Shown: piece by piece, positions 11,643 through 22,017 of the stretch | Numbering within the stretch: position 1 is the stretch's first letter | Layout: each line of letters opens with the position of its first letter | Origin: an uncultured Methanosarcinaceae archaeon | GTDB lineage: Archaea; Halobacteriota; Methanosarcinia; Methanosarcinales; Methanosarcinaceae | Reading direction: 5' to 3' | NCBI GenBank assembly: GCA_963727895.1 | Contig: CAVSHT010000012.1 | Span: forward strand, 224,001 to 288,000 | DNA length: 64,000 nucleotides | Position numbers and translations under genes: made by a program | The notes under the pieces: generated by a model | Databases searched by the model: none | The model's input: the letters and a program-made list of their open reading frames with translations, nothing else | What the model was told of the DNA's origin: nothing

Positions 11643-12201
11643 GTTAGTGCCTCCTTAATGTAGGAATTTATTTTATCTATCAGAAGATACTGTATGAAAG
11701 AACCTACACATATTAAAAACTTTTCTTATGTACTTCGATTTATAATATATTTAACACCAATAATCTTCTTTTATTAAGATTCAACAGACAAATTTTTATA
11801 AATTGGTTCTCTTGTTGATGGAAAATGGTCTTGTTTTTATTTTTGGTCGGTTATTTTATCTAATATCTAGTTTTTATCAAAATCCATGTCATTAGACATG
11901 TTTCTATATGATTAATATTCACATCAGACTTTTGTTACTATAAAAATAGTGTCTTAAAAATTTGAGTATTCACTGGTTGGTTTGTGAAACTATTTTTAGT
12001 TTTTATCTTTAAGAACATTCTTATTTTTTTCAGAGGTCTAGAACCAATCGATAAAAATTTATAGTAAGCAATTAAAAAACTTTACAATGTTTTCTTTGGA
12101 AGTATATTGCTTCTAAGCTTATGCGGCAAATCAATCATTCTTAAAAAATACTACTTTCTATAAAAATTAATTTAAATCAATCTTTAAAAGGGGCAACTCC
12201 A

Positions 12202-13206
12202 GTGTATAAATTGACTCGTTTTCGTCAGACAAAAAATAGAATTACTTTAATGATTATTTCCGTTTTGATTTTGTTTTTACTGCTAATTTCTCCTGCAGCT
12301 GCATCCGTTAACAACTGGGAATTTTCTCCTCAGGAACCTGTTTGTGGAGACACTATTAGCATCACAGGAAATGCATCTCCAGAAGAGAAAGTTGACGTCT
12401 TAGTGACTTTTGAGAAAACTGTTCCTGTTTCTTCTGGTAAATTTGAATACATTCTTGAAGATGTAAAAATCCCAGAGGGTTTAAACAACTTCTTTAAAGT
12501 TGAAGCTAGTGGAGTCAAAAAACTCAATGTGAGGGTAAAAGTTATTGCTTGGATTACAAAAAGTTCAGAGGCTTCAGGTGATACTGCAACAGTGTCTCAA
12601 TCATATGTTCCCCCAGGAACTTACACGATAAAGATTGACGGAGACGCTGGAGAAGGAGTGTCAGATGTTAATCTGAAGATTACAGCTTTTCAAGGGATCG
12701 AATCTGACTCAAATGGAGATTTCAGTTATTCCTATAACACAAAAGCTGTTCCAGCCGGAGATTTTGAGATAAGCGTTGGGGATATAATGAAAAAGTTAAC
12801 TATTCAATCTGGATCCGGCTCAGATTTAAGTTCAGATGCAAGTTCTGATTCAAATTCAGATTCATCTTCTTCCAATTCTTCTTCCAGTTCTTCTTCCTCC
12901 AGTTTATCTTCTAGCTCATCTTCTAAAAATACAAAGTTTTCTTCATCTGTTGGGAACAACTCTTCTCTTTTATCAGAAACTAATTCTTCTCCAGAATCGG
13001 TTGCTTCCAATATTTCAGAAAAAAGTAATAGTTCTGAAATTAAAACTTTTAATAAAAACTTAAAACTTGAAGAGACTAATGTACAGCCCTCAGAGGAAAA
13101 CATCCAGAAACAAGGATTTTTTGGATCATCTATAGATAAGTTTTATTTGCTAGCAGGAATGGGAGCGGGACTTCTAATCTTAATTGTATATTTAAGAAAG
13201 AAGTAA
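12202..13206 (+). CDS. Cell-surface protein: signal peptide, beta-rich domain, Ser-rich linker, C-terminal TM + RKK
   Basis: LILFLLLISPAAAS signal, poly-Ser tract and LLAGMGAGLLILIVYLRKK tail. Confidence 0.8.
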   Translation: MYKLTRFRQTKNRITLMIISVLILFLLLISPAAASVNNWEFSPQEPVCGDTISITGNASPEEKVDVLVTFEKTVPVSSGKFEYILEDVKIPEGLNNFFKVEASGVKKLNVRVKVIAWITKSSEASGDTATVSQSYVPPGTYTIKIDGDAGEGVSDVNLKITAFQGIESDSNGDFSYSYNTKAVPAGDFEISVGDIMKKLTIQSGSGSDLSSDASSDSNSDSSSSNSSSSSSSSSLSSSSSSKNTKFSSSVGNNSSLLSETNSSPESVASNISEKSNSSEIKTFNKNLKLEETNVQPSEENIQKQGFFGSSIDKFYLLAGMGAGLLILIVYLRKK

Positions 13207-13286
13207 GTAAAGGGTGTTAGTTCCTGACAAAACCAGTGAAAAAATTTTGTTATTGAGGGTATCGGTTAAAAAAATTATCTGTAAAT

Positions 13287-15449
13287 TTGGGGGTATCTAT
13301 TTTGAAGAAGAATCTATTAATTATTGCGTTAACTGTATTCATATTGACCTCTGCAACAGCAATTGCAGATAACAGTCAAAATGTAAACCCTATTGGAAAT
13401 ATTAATTTTACAGACAAGGTTGTTTACGTTCTAGATCACACTAGCAGTTCAGTAAATGGAAACTGGATTGTAATGGGAAATCCATATGCTGGAACAAGAG
13501 TCAATCTTCCCCACCCTATAAAACTCACATATAATGGGCCGGAAAAAGTTGAATTTGGGGGAGCTTCCGGAACCTTATATAAAGACAAAAATAAAAGCTT
13601 CACTGTAGATTATCCATCAGCTTCTGCCTATAGCACTCTTCCTGTTTATCTAACAGGGGAAGAAGCAACGATGTCATTCTATGGGGAATCTGGTCTTGAA
13701 GGAAATGTCGATATATTCCTTATCAAGGTGACACCTGAAACTGTGTTCAATTTATTTAATGCTTTTGAGGCAAAAGATATTGGAAACTTATATAGAATAT
13801 TTAACAGTAGTGTGGATAAAAGTTACAAAAAGTATTCTGCCGTACTCGGAAAAGATGGAGATTTGTTAAATTATAATTTGGGATTGCTTGATCCTGGACA
13901 ATATAATATATTTATGGTTCAGGAAAACAAAGACAGCAGCCTTACAGTTCTTTCCACGACAGCCTTTATGGTTGCAGAATACGAATTGTCAGTCTCAAGT
14001 CCAGAAAGCATAGTAGAAAAGGAAGATTTGGACATAAACGTGGATCTTGTGAATGCTCCCGATAAAGGTAATTGTACATATGGAGCAATACTGATCAGTA
14101 AACAAGCTTACAAGGCAAAAATAGACGTCGATACTGATGGTACAAGAAACGGCACATCAGTAGTAGTAAATGACGTCGATATCATTGATCAGTTTGGTAT
14201 AAACTCTTCCAATTACAAGTCAAAGCTAGCTAAAAATGAACTCCAAAAAGAAATATTAACTCTAATCGGAGAAGAAAACTGTACTATAGCAATAGGAGAA
14301 AGAGGTCAGAAATCATTATCATTTACTACTCTTGATTTATCTGAAGGTGATTATTACCTTTTTGTGGGAGCATATTGTCCAGGAAAAGGACTTGTGGGGC
14401 TTAATCAATTTAAAATTGTGATTACATCAAAAAACTCTGGAGGAGACAACGGATGTGGAGACAATGGATCTGGAGACAATGGATCCGGAGGTAATGGATC
14501 CGGAAGTAATGGATCCGGAAGTAATGGATCCGGAGACAACGGATGTGGAGACAATGGATCTGGAGACAATGGATCCGGAGGTAATGGATCCGGAGGTAAT
14601 GGATCCGGAGGTAATGGATCCGGAAGTAATGGATCCGGAGACAACGGATGTGGAGACAATGGATCCGGAGATCATGGATCTGGAAGTGGAGGTAGCTCAG
14701 GAAGTAGTGGTAGCTCAGGAAGTAGTGGTAGCTCAGAAAGTAGCGGTAGCTCTGGATGCAGCCCCTCTTCTGAATCTGCTAAAAATATCAATTCAAAGGA
14801 GATCTGTCAGCAACCTATTTCAAAAGGTAATAGGATAAGATTTGAATTTACAAAAGGATCTACCTGTGTTGGATATGTAGAGTTTATAGCCAAAAAAACT
14901 GTCGGCAAGACAACAGCAATTATCGAGGAACTAAAAGGAAGGTCTCTACTGACTTCCTGTAAGCCAGAAGGAGAAATCTACAAATACCTAAATATCTGGA
15001 TTGGAAACAGTGGCTTTGCAAACTCAAATAATATTGAGAATGCCACTGTAGGATTTAATGTTAGTAAAAAGTGGATTAATGAAAACAACATCAACATTAG
15101 TTCATTAACTCTTCAGCATTTCAGTGATAATAAATGGAACTCACTTCCAACCACAAAAATAAAAGAAGATACAGAATATATTTACTTTGAAGCTAAACCT
15201 CCTAGCTTTTCTCCATTTGTAATTACGGCCCAAAAGAATTTAGTGGTATTAGAGGAGAAAACAGAAGCCAATCAGTTCTCAAATGAAGCGGTGGAGCAAA
15301 ACGAAAAAAAGATAAATAGTGAAATTGCAGCTGCTTCTCAGGAAAACAAAAACAAGATAATGTTAAAAATTGCCAGTCTATTTTTAGGGGTTTTTGTAGT
15401 CTTCATTATTGGTATGATTATTATTAGAAAAAGAGGACCTCAACAATAA
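13287..15449 (+). CDS. Surface glycoprotein with a TIGR04279-like domain, Gly/Asn/Ser repeat linker, PGF-pre-PGF domain and C-terminal TM anchor
   Basis: Signal peptide; AKKTVGKTTAIIEELK..IYKYLNIWIGN..PSFSPFVIT is typical of PGF-pre-PGF; TM followed by RKR. Confidence 0.8.
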   Translation: MGVSILKKNLLIIALTVFILTSATAIADNSQNVNPIGNINFTDKVVYVLDHTSSSVNGNWIVMGNPYAGTRVNLPHPIKLTYNGPEKVEFGGASGTLYKDKNKSFTVDYPSASAYSTLPVYLTGEEATMSFYGESGLEGNVDIFLIKVTPETVFNLFNAFEAKDIGNLYRIFNSSVDKSYKKYSAVLGKDGDLLNYNLGLLDPGQYNIFMVQENKDSSLTVLSTTAFMVAEYELSVSSPESIVEKEDLDINVDLVNAPDKGNCTYGAILISKQAYKAKIDVDTDGTRNGTSVVVNDVDIIDQFGINSSNYKSKLAKNELQKEILTLIGEENCTIAIGERGQKSLSFTTLDLSEGDYYLFVGAYCPGKGLVGLNQFKIVITSKNSGGDNGCGDNGSGDNGSGGNGSGSNGSGSNGSGDNGCGDNGSGDNGSGGNGSGGNGSGGNGSGSNGSGDNGCGDNGSGDHGSGSGGSSGSSGSSGSSGSSESSGSSGCSPSSESAKNINSKEICQQPISKGNRIRFEFTKGSTCVGYVEFIAKKTVGKTTAIIEELKGRSLLTSCKPEGEIYKYLNIWIGNSGFANSNNIENATVGFNVSKKWINENNINISSLTLQHFSDNKWNSLPTTKIKEDTEYIYFEAKPPSFSPFVITAQKNLVVLEEKTEANQFSNEAVEQNEKKINSEIAAASQENKNKIMLKIASLFLGVFVVFIIGMIIIRKRGPQQ
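14442..14681 (+). repeat. 16 x 15-bp coding tandem repeat (G-x-N-G-S/C), followed by 18-bp Ser/Gly repeats to about 14756
   Basis: Units such as GGAGACAATGGATCC and GGAGGTAATGGATCC read directly from the sequence. Confidence 0.95.
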
Positions 15450-15631
15450 AAAATATTTCTAAACAAAAACAGGACAAAAGCAGGAGATGAAAAATCTTCT
15501 GCTTTTATTCTTTTTTTAAAAGTTTCCTTCGAAACATTAAGAGAATAATTGTTGGTCAACAATGCACAATAGTCTTTAGTATAGCTAAAAAAACAATTTT
15601 CATTACTCAAGTAAAGAAACTTTAAAGTAGC

Positions 15632-16528
15632 TTAAATCAGACTTTTTAACCCTTCTTGTAGCTCAATTTCTCCTGTCCACCAATTGGAAATTTTTGAGAC
15701 ATCAGCTTTTGAGTCTCGAACATCACCTGCTCTTAAAGTGGCGTGTACGATTTTACTAGTAGAGCCAGTTAACTTAATAATCTGTTTAGCAAGTTCCAGG
15801 ACTGTCACATTTTTTCCCATAGCCACGTTAAAGACCTGACCATCACCATGTTCAAGGGCTGCAAAATTTGCCTTGACTACATCTTTAATATGCACGAAAT
15901 CTCTACTCTGAAGTCCGTCTCCATAAATGAGGAGATCCTTTCCTGACTTTGCTCTCTCTAGAAATATTGGAATAACAGCTGCATATGGAGATTTTGGATC
16001 CTGACGGGGGCCGTAGACATTGAAATAGCGCAGACAGGTGGTCCGAAGTCCGTAGTTCTCATAAAACATTCTTGCAAGGTACTCTCCGTCAAGTTTAGAA
16101 ATAGCATACGGGGAAGTTGGTTCTGGATACATATCCTCTCGTTTTGGAAGAACTGGATTATTTCCGTATATAGCAGCTGAAGATGCCATCACGAATTTAT
16201 CAACTTCAGCTTTAACACAACTCTGCAGTACATTAAGGGTTCCGAGAGTGTTAATCTGAAAAGCTTCAACAGGTTTTTCACAACTTAAAGGTACAGATAC
16301 AAGGGCAGCTTCATGGAAGACACAGTCTACACCTGAAACTGCTTTTTCTACTGATGAAGAGTCACAGATATCTCCCTGAATAAACTCAATATTCTTATTA
16401 TGTGGTATATTTCTAAGGAAACCTGTTGCAAGGTTATCAAGAATCCTGACTGTATGTCCTTCCTCTGCAAAATATTCAGCTATATGGGAGCCTATAAAAC
16501 CTGCTCCCCCGGTAATCAGTACTTTCAT
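15632..16528 (-). CDS. NAD-dependent nucleotide-sugar epimerase (UDP-Glc/GlcNAc 4-epimerase family)
   Basis: ITGGAGFIG, YAISK and LRYFNVYGPRQ. Confidence 0.9.
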   Translation of the reverse strand: MKVLITGGAGFIGSHIAEYFAEEGHTVRILDNLATGFLRNIPHNKNIEFIQGDICDSSSVEKAVSGVDCVFHEAALVSVPLSCEKPVEAFQINTLGTLNVLQSCVKAEVDKFVMASSAAIYGNNPVLPKREDMYPEPTSPYAISKLDGEYLARMFYENYGLRTTCLRYFNVYGPRQDPKSPYAAVIPIFLERAKSGKDLLIYGDGLQSRDFVHIKDVVKANFAALEHGDGQVFNVAMGKNVTVLELAKQIIKLTGSTSKIVHATLRAGDVRDSKADVSKISNWWTGEIELQEGLKSLI

Positions 16529-16868
16529 GCTTGCAGAAAGGGATAAGTATGAAATAAAATTTTCTATGCAAGCCAAGGCTTATGAGAGGAGATTATAAAA
16601 TTCTAAAAATGTAAAAACCAGATAAGAGCTTGAAAATGTCTATAAAATAAAGAAAAAATTTTTATTTGAATTCATTTGTTTATAAAGTGGAGTCCTAAAA
16701 TTCGGAAATTGGGAAAATATTTGGAAATTGGATAAATTCTCTCTACACATCGCTGCCTGATAAAATAAATTTGGATTATAAAAATGTGATGAAAGCAGAT
16801 TAATGGAAGGTTTTACATAGTTATAAATTCAAATAAGGTCTGATATAAAAAATTTTATCAGTGGGACA

Positions 16869-17756
16869 ATGGCCAAAAATCGACAACTTCCTATGGACTT
16901 GCTACTTGTTGCATGTCTCGTACTTATTATTGATATCTTTGTACTTTTGCCTGAATTCAGTGACAGTTTCCTACGTACATGGCTAGGAATTTTTCTGGTG
17001 CTTTTCTTACCCGGCTATGCTTTCGCTGGAGCTCTCTTCCCGGCAAAAAAAGATCTTGATGGAATTGAGAGAATTGCAATCTCTTTTGGATTAAATATTG
17101 CGATTGTTCCATTACTGGGACTTGGACTAAATTATTCGACCTGGGGGATCAGGGAAGTTCCGCTACTAACAGAGTTTTCAATTTTTATTCTTCTGATGTG
17201 TGTAATTGCCTATTACAGAAGAAGCTTGTTGCCTGAAGCCGAAGCTTTTAATGTCTCATTCAGAGCATATTACCAGAGTATAAAAGTTGAAGTTTTTGAA
17301 AAGCATGAGTCCAAAACTGATAAGATTATCACATTTATCCTGATTTTTTCTGTCCTGGCATCTATAGGGAGTCTTGCCTACATAGTAGGAAATCCTAAAG
17401 AGGGAGAGCACTTTACCGAATTTTACATCCTTGGGAAAAACAGAACCGTAGGGGATTATCCTACAGAATTTGTAAAAGGAGAAACAGGAACAGTCACTGT
17501 AGGAATTATAAATCACGAACATAGGCCCGTGGATTATACAATGGAGTTGAGACTTGCAAATAGATCTCTACCTCTTTCGGAAAGTCAGAAACAGATAAGC
17601 CTTGAGGACAATATGTCCTGGGAAAAACCAGTTACTTTTACGCCACCTGTTGAAGGAAAGAATATGAAATTGGAATTTTTACTCTTTAATAAAAATAATA
17701 CAACTGTGCCTTATCGGAATCTGCATATCTGGATTAATGTTACTAAGGAGGCTTAA
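16869..17756 (+). CDS. DUF1616 family membrane protein, copy 2
   Basis: Clear paralogue of 8758-9699 (LFLPGYA, LDGIER, EHFTEFYILG). Confidence 0.85.
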   Translation: MAKNRQLPMDLLLVACLVLIIDIFVLLPEFSDSFLRTWLGIFLVLFLPGYAFAGALFPAKKDLDGIERIAISFGLNIAIVPLLGLGLNYSTWGIREVPLLTEFSIFILLMCVIAYYRRSLLPEAEAFNVSFRAYYQSIKVEVFEKHESKTDKIITFILIFSVLASIGSLAYIVGNPKEGEHFTEFYILGKNRTVGDYPTEFVKGETGTVTVGIINHEHRPVDYTMELRLANRSLPLSESQKQISLEDNMSWEKPVTFTPPVEGKNMKLEFLLFNKNNTTVPYRNLHIWINVTKEA

Positions 17757-17758
17757 AG

Positions 17759-18634
17759 ATGGTAATCCCGGAATATCCGCTTTCAGAGCTGGAAACAGGA
17801 AAAATTTCTCTTCCAGAGCTAAAAAAAACATTTAAAATGCAGACTGAAGAAAAGACCAGCTTCCTGAAAAAAATACTCTATGCAGGAATTCCTATAACTG
17901 CAATCACTTTGATAGAACTGTTGATTTTTGGAGGAAAGCTAAAAGAAGCTTCAATAGCTTATACCTTGCTTTTACTGGTGCTTTCATTTTCAATAGCAGT
18001 TACTAAAAAGCATGAACTACGTAAAATCTATCAAGCACTCTTGCTTCTGATCATTTTCAGATTGGTAAATTTTTCGATGCCAATCTTTTTCGAGAAAAAT
18101 TTATATTCATTTGTATTTATTTATGCACCTCTGGCAATTCCAATATCTTTTGCAGTCACTCATCAGGAAGTAATATATGAAAAAATGAGGGACACTCTGA
18201 GGAAAATTTGGATCTATCTTCCTTTATCTGTCCTTATAGGCTTTGCCTTCGGGCAAGCAGAATACATGCTAATAGGGGCAAGAGAACTTATTCCAGATCT
18301 TTCACTAACAAATCTGCTGATACTCATTATTATAATGGTTTTCATTGTTGGGCTGATAGAAGAAATCATTTTCAGGTCAATTCTCCAGACTAGCCTTGAA
18401 GGTCTATTTGGACCATTCATGGGAATTTTCCTTTCAAGCCTCCTTTTTGGAATAATGCATTCAGCTTACGGCACGCCCTATGAAATGCTATATTCATTCT
18501 TTGTAGGAGGTTTTTTAGGATACTTATTTTATAAAACTCGAAGTCTCCCTCTTTTAGTAATGATTCATGGTTCGATGAATGTGTTTTTATTTGGGGTACT
18601 TCCACACGTAGGATCTATATTTGGATTAATATAA
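17759..18634 (+). CDS. CPBP intramembrane endopeptidase, copy 2
   Basis: EEIIFR, FGIMH and HGSMN motifs; starts 2 nt after the DUF1616 stop. Confidence 0.9.
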   Translation: MVIPEYPLSELETGKISLPELKKTFKMQTEEKTSFLKKILYAGIPITAITLIELLIFGGKLKEASIAYTLLLLVLSFSIAVTKKHELRKIYQALLLLIIFRLVNFSMPIFFEKNLYSFVFIYAPLAIPISFAVTHQEVIYEKMRDTLRKIWIYLPLSVLIGFAFGQAEYMLIGARELIPDLSLTNLLILIIIMVFIVGLIEEIIFRSILQTSLEGLFGPFMGIFLSSLLFGIMHSAYGTPYEMLYSFFVGGFLGYLFYKTRSLPLLVMIHGSMNVFLFGVLPHVGSIFGLI

Positions 18635-18941
18635 GCTCTAATGGCCACAAATTCTAAATAATAATTTGAAAAAACATATGATACTGAGTTTTTCTGTCTT
18701 AACAAAAATGAGATAAAAACTCAAATGAATAAAAGCTCAATTGAATGTTTACAATTCTTTGCTTCTATATATTCTTGTCCAACTACCATATATTATGTCA
18801 GATCAATCACCAAATCCCAATTCATGGAGCTTGACATACAACATACAATAAAGCCACATTATTTCTAAATCTCAAGCTGCTCTAAATTTGAAATCCTAAA
18901 GATATCTTTAGAATCTCTAGGTCAGAACTTTAAAAATACAA

Positions 18942-19694
18942 GGCTTTGCTAATTAACTATAGTTATTTATTATGAGAACCTCTATTTCTTCATGAACTGC
19001 CCAAAATGTAATAGTTCTAGTCACAAAAAGAACGGTATAGTTGGTGGTCGTCAACGCTACAAATGCTCTGATTGTGGCTATGACTATACAGTAGAGCTAA
19101 AATCAACTGCTTTTTCCGCCTCTGTTAAAAACAGGCTTTACAACTTTACCTTGAAGGATTGGGCTTTCGCTCAATAGGAAGAGTTTTAGGGGTGAGTCAT
19201 GTTTCTGTCCAAAAATGGATAACGAAATTTGGTCAAGAGTGAGAGAACCTAAAAAGTGAAAATGAGATATCTATTGTTGAAATGGATGAAATGCACACGT
19301 ACATCGTCAACAAAAAAAATATTGCTGGATCTGGATTGCTGTTGATAGAGTTGGGAAAAAGTTTATCAACTGCTCTTTTGGTAGCAGAGGAACAGAAACT
19401 GGAAAACTACTCTGGGAAAAATTGAAGAAAAAAGAGATTGGAGAAGTGATGACCGATCACTGGAGAGCATATGCAGAGTTTCTTTGTCTCCAGATCCTCC
19501 TGAAAAGAGTCATACTCAATCAAAAGCAGAAACATTTACAGTTGAGGGATATAACAGCATATTGAGGCACTTTTTAGCAAGATTGAGAAGAAAGACAAAG
19601 TGTTATACGAAGAGTCTTGAAATGCTAAAGTACTCGGTTATTCTATTGATGAAATAAAGAAATAAAGAACTAGATATATTTAAGTAACAATGCC
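18942..19694 (+). mobile_element. IS1-family element, copy 2 (defective)
   Basis: Highly similar to copy 1; 10-bp direct repeat AAAAATACAA at 18932-18941 and 19695-19704; frameshift near 19130; 14-bp insertion at 19485-19498. Confidence 0.9.
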
Positions 19695-20019
19695 AAAAAT
19701 ACAAGTGATAAAAGGAAGAAATAATTTACCTTAACTAAGGTTCCTCAATAGATTCTTCTATGCTAGTTCTGGGAAACTGCTTAGGATCACAATCATAAGA
19801 AAAAGCTTAAAAACATAGAGATGAAGTAATTTTTTACCTATAATTGGAGTATTGATTGAGATTGGTTCTTATTTCCTTCCCATAAAAAAGAATGATCGAG
19901 CAAAAAGTCTAAAGAACAAGATCTCTGTTTTCTTCTGAATGGGTCATAAAATATAAATATCACTTTATGAAACTTTCTGTTCCTTATGTACAGAATGTAA
20001 TAAGTTTCGGAGATAATTC

Positions 20020-20785
20020 ATGTCTAAGTATGCAGACCGTTTTTGGGAGATTGATTGTCTGCGAGGATTTGCCGTTCTTTTGATGCTAATATACCACTTT
20101 CTATATGATCTGGACTTTTTCAAGATTGCTGATCTCCAGCTTAGAACCGGTTTTTTTCTATATATAGGCAGATTTTCGGCTTTCCTTTTTATCCTAATTT
20201 CAGGAACTGCAGTTTCTATAGGCCATTCAAGAACCCTTAATAAAAAGGCAGGTGGAAGTGAAGCAGAAAACTTCTCAAAGTATCTGAAAAGGGGAATCAA
20301 ACTCTATTTATTGGGTCTTTTACTTACAGGTATAACCTGGATTTTTTTACCTGAAGAGTATATCGTTTTCGGGATCCTACATTTTTTTGGAGTCTCGGCA
20401 GTGCTTGTATATCCTTTCTTGAGGTATGAAGAAGAAAATCTGTTTTTCAGCCTATTTTTCGGCCTTTCAGGAATTTACCTAAGGAATATAACTTTTGGTT
20501 TTTCCAGTTTACTCTGGCTGGGTTTCACTCCAGAAAACTTCAGTACTCTTGACTACTTTCCTATATTTCCCTGGTTTGGAGTATTGCTCGCAGGAGTTTT
20601 TTCTGGGAAGTTTTTTGTACACAGGCGGAAAACGGCAGTTTGAAATCCCTTTTATTGGTAAAAATTCTCTATTTAGACTCTTTTCCAGAGTGGGACAGCA
20701 TTCTCTGGTCATTTATTTCATTCATCAACCGCTATTTCTTGGATTCTTATTTCTGGGTGGGCTTATCGATTTAAATATGTTATAA
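20020..20785 (+). CDS. DUF1624 / HGSNAT-like membrane acyltransferase, split by one extra T in a T-run near 20600
   Basis: RFWEIDCLRG, FGILH and DYFPIFPW; continues in the other frame as GQHSLVIYFIHQP. Confidence 0.8.
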
Positions 20786-21026
20786 CCCACTTTAAAAAAG
20801 CCTAATAATTTATTTATCGAGTTTATCTTTGTAGTTTAAAATTAGCAACTTATTCAAAGCCTCTGGTTTTATATTCTAACATATATAATGAGTATCTGTC
20901 TGTTTACACTGATATAAGATCAGTCTTTATCTGCTTCCTAAAAAATAGTTGGTATAAAGCAAAATAATTTGGATTCCTATTCTCAACCCGAGAAAGGAGC
21001 ATGAAGTGCGAAATAAAGAATAGAAA

Positions 21027-21338
21027 ATGGAGAAAAGAATGCATCTGGAAATTACGATGTTTGCCTATTTTGTAGTGCTCTTCCTGACCCTTCGGGATAT
21101 AAGGATCTTTAAAAGAACAGGTTATCGTTCTTATAAGAAGGGAGCTATGAAGGGACTTGCAGCTTCTACTGTGATTTTAATAGGAGCGATGATTGTTAAG
21201 GCAAAGCCAGATCTTGGGCTACTTTTTGTATTGATAGGACTCTTTATAAATCGTAAAGGGATAAGAGAGCGTGTTTTTACTAGTGCAGGAACTCTTGATC
21301 GTTTTCTCGGGAAAACTGATTATGTAAAGAGAAAATAA
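21027..21338 (+). CDS. Small hypothetical membrane protein
   Basis: 103-aa ORF with three hydrophobic segments and basic loops. Confidence 0.7.
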   Translation: MEKRMHLEITMFAYFVVLFLTLRDIRIFKRTGYRSYKKGAMKGLAASTVILIGAMIVKAKPDLGLLFVLIGLFINRKGIRERVFTSAGTLDRFLGKTDYVKRK

Positions 21339-21781
21339 GAAAGATAATACTTAATGATACAGAACATGTTTAAGTGCAAATGCACAATATAGCCTAAGAC
21401 CTTTTACAAGACGCCTGAAGTATAATTTTTGCTTCACATCCATGATGCAAAAGTATATATCTAAAGGAGAATTGTCAGCGTCTATAACATTACGCCCATA
21501 ATTGGAAAAATAAATATAACTTTTAAGGTTTTAAACGGCAATGTCGACCCCAAAACTTATAAATCTCAAGTGACCTATTAGTCGACAAAATCGGTATCAA
21601 CCAAATATTTGTATCCAGTTTCTGCTAAATCTATCAAATTGAGAGACGGAAATAGACATCAAAGAGCTGTTTTCTATTCTCACATCATGTTAACTAGAAT
21701 TCACAGGAAAAAATGTGAGATAACTCGAAGATTATTTAATAACTGGACTAAATACATCAAAAACATTTAAGAGGAGATACG

Positions 21782-21976
21782 ATGGGAAATATTCGACAGA
21801 CAAATATAAAAAGAACCGCATTAGGACTGATTGAAAACCACGGAAAAGTTTTCACAAAAGATTTTGAAACTAACAAGACTCTTGTGACACAGTATACAAC
21901 CATTGAAAGTAAGGTTATAAGAAACCGGGTTGCAGGTTACGTCACAAGAAAGGTTGCACGCATGAAAGTATACTGA
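21782..21976 (+). CDS. rps17e: 30S ribosomal protein S17e
   Basis: [43 protein letters not shown]. Confidence 0.95.
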   Translation: MGNIRQTNIKRTALGLIENHGKVFTKDFETNKTLVTQYTTIESKVIRNRVAGYVTRKVARMKVY

Positions 21977-22017
21977 ACAAAAAATTTACTGCCGGCACAC
22001 AGGTGGGGATATTTGAC

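Noticed and set aside
14442..14681. Possible CRISPR array
   Set aside because: The units are contiguous with no unique spacers, lie in frame within a CDS, and there are no cas genes; no CRISPR array was seen anywhere in the window
14405..14838. Alternative-frame and antisense ORFs with PDPL, SGSIT or MDPEV repeats
   Set aside because: By-products of the 15-bp coding repeat in the surface protein
18700..19800. Possible degraded gene interrupted by IS1 copy 2
   Set aside because: I could not reconstruct a convincing reading frame from the flanks
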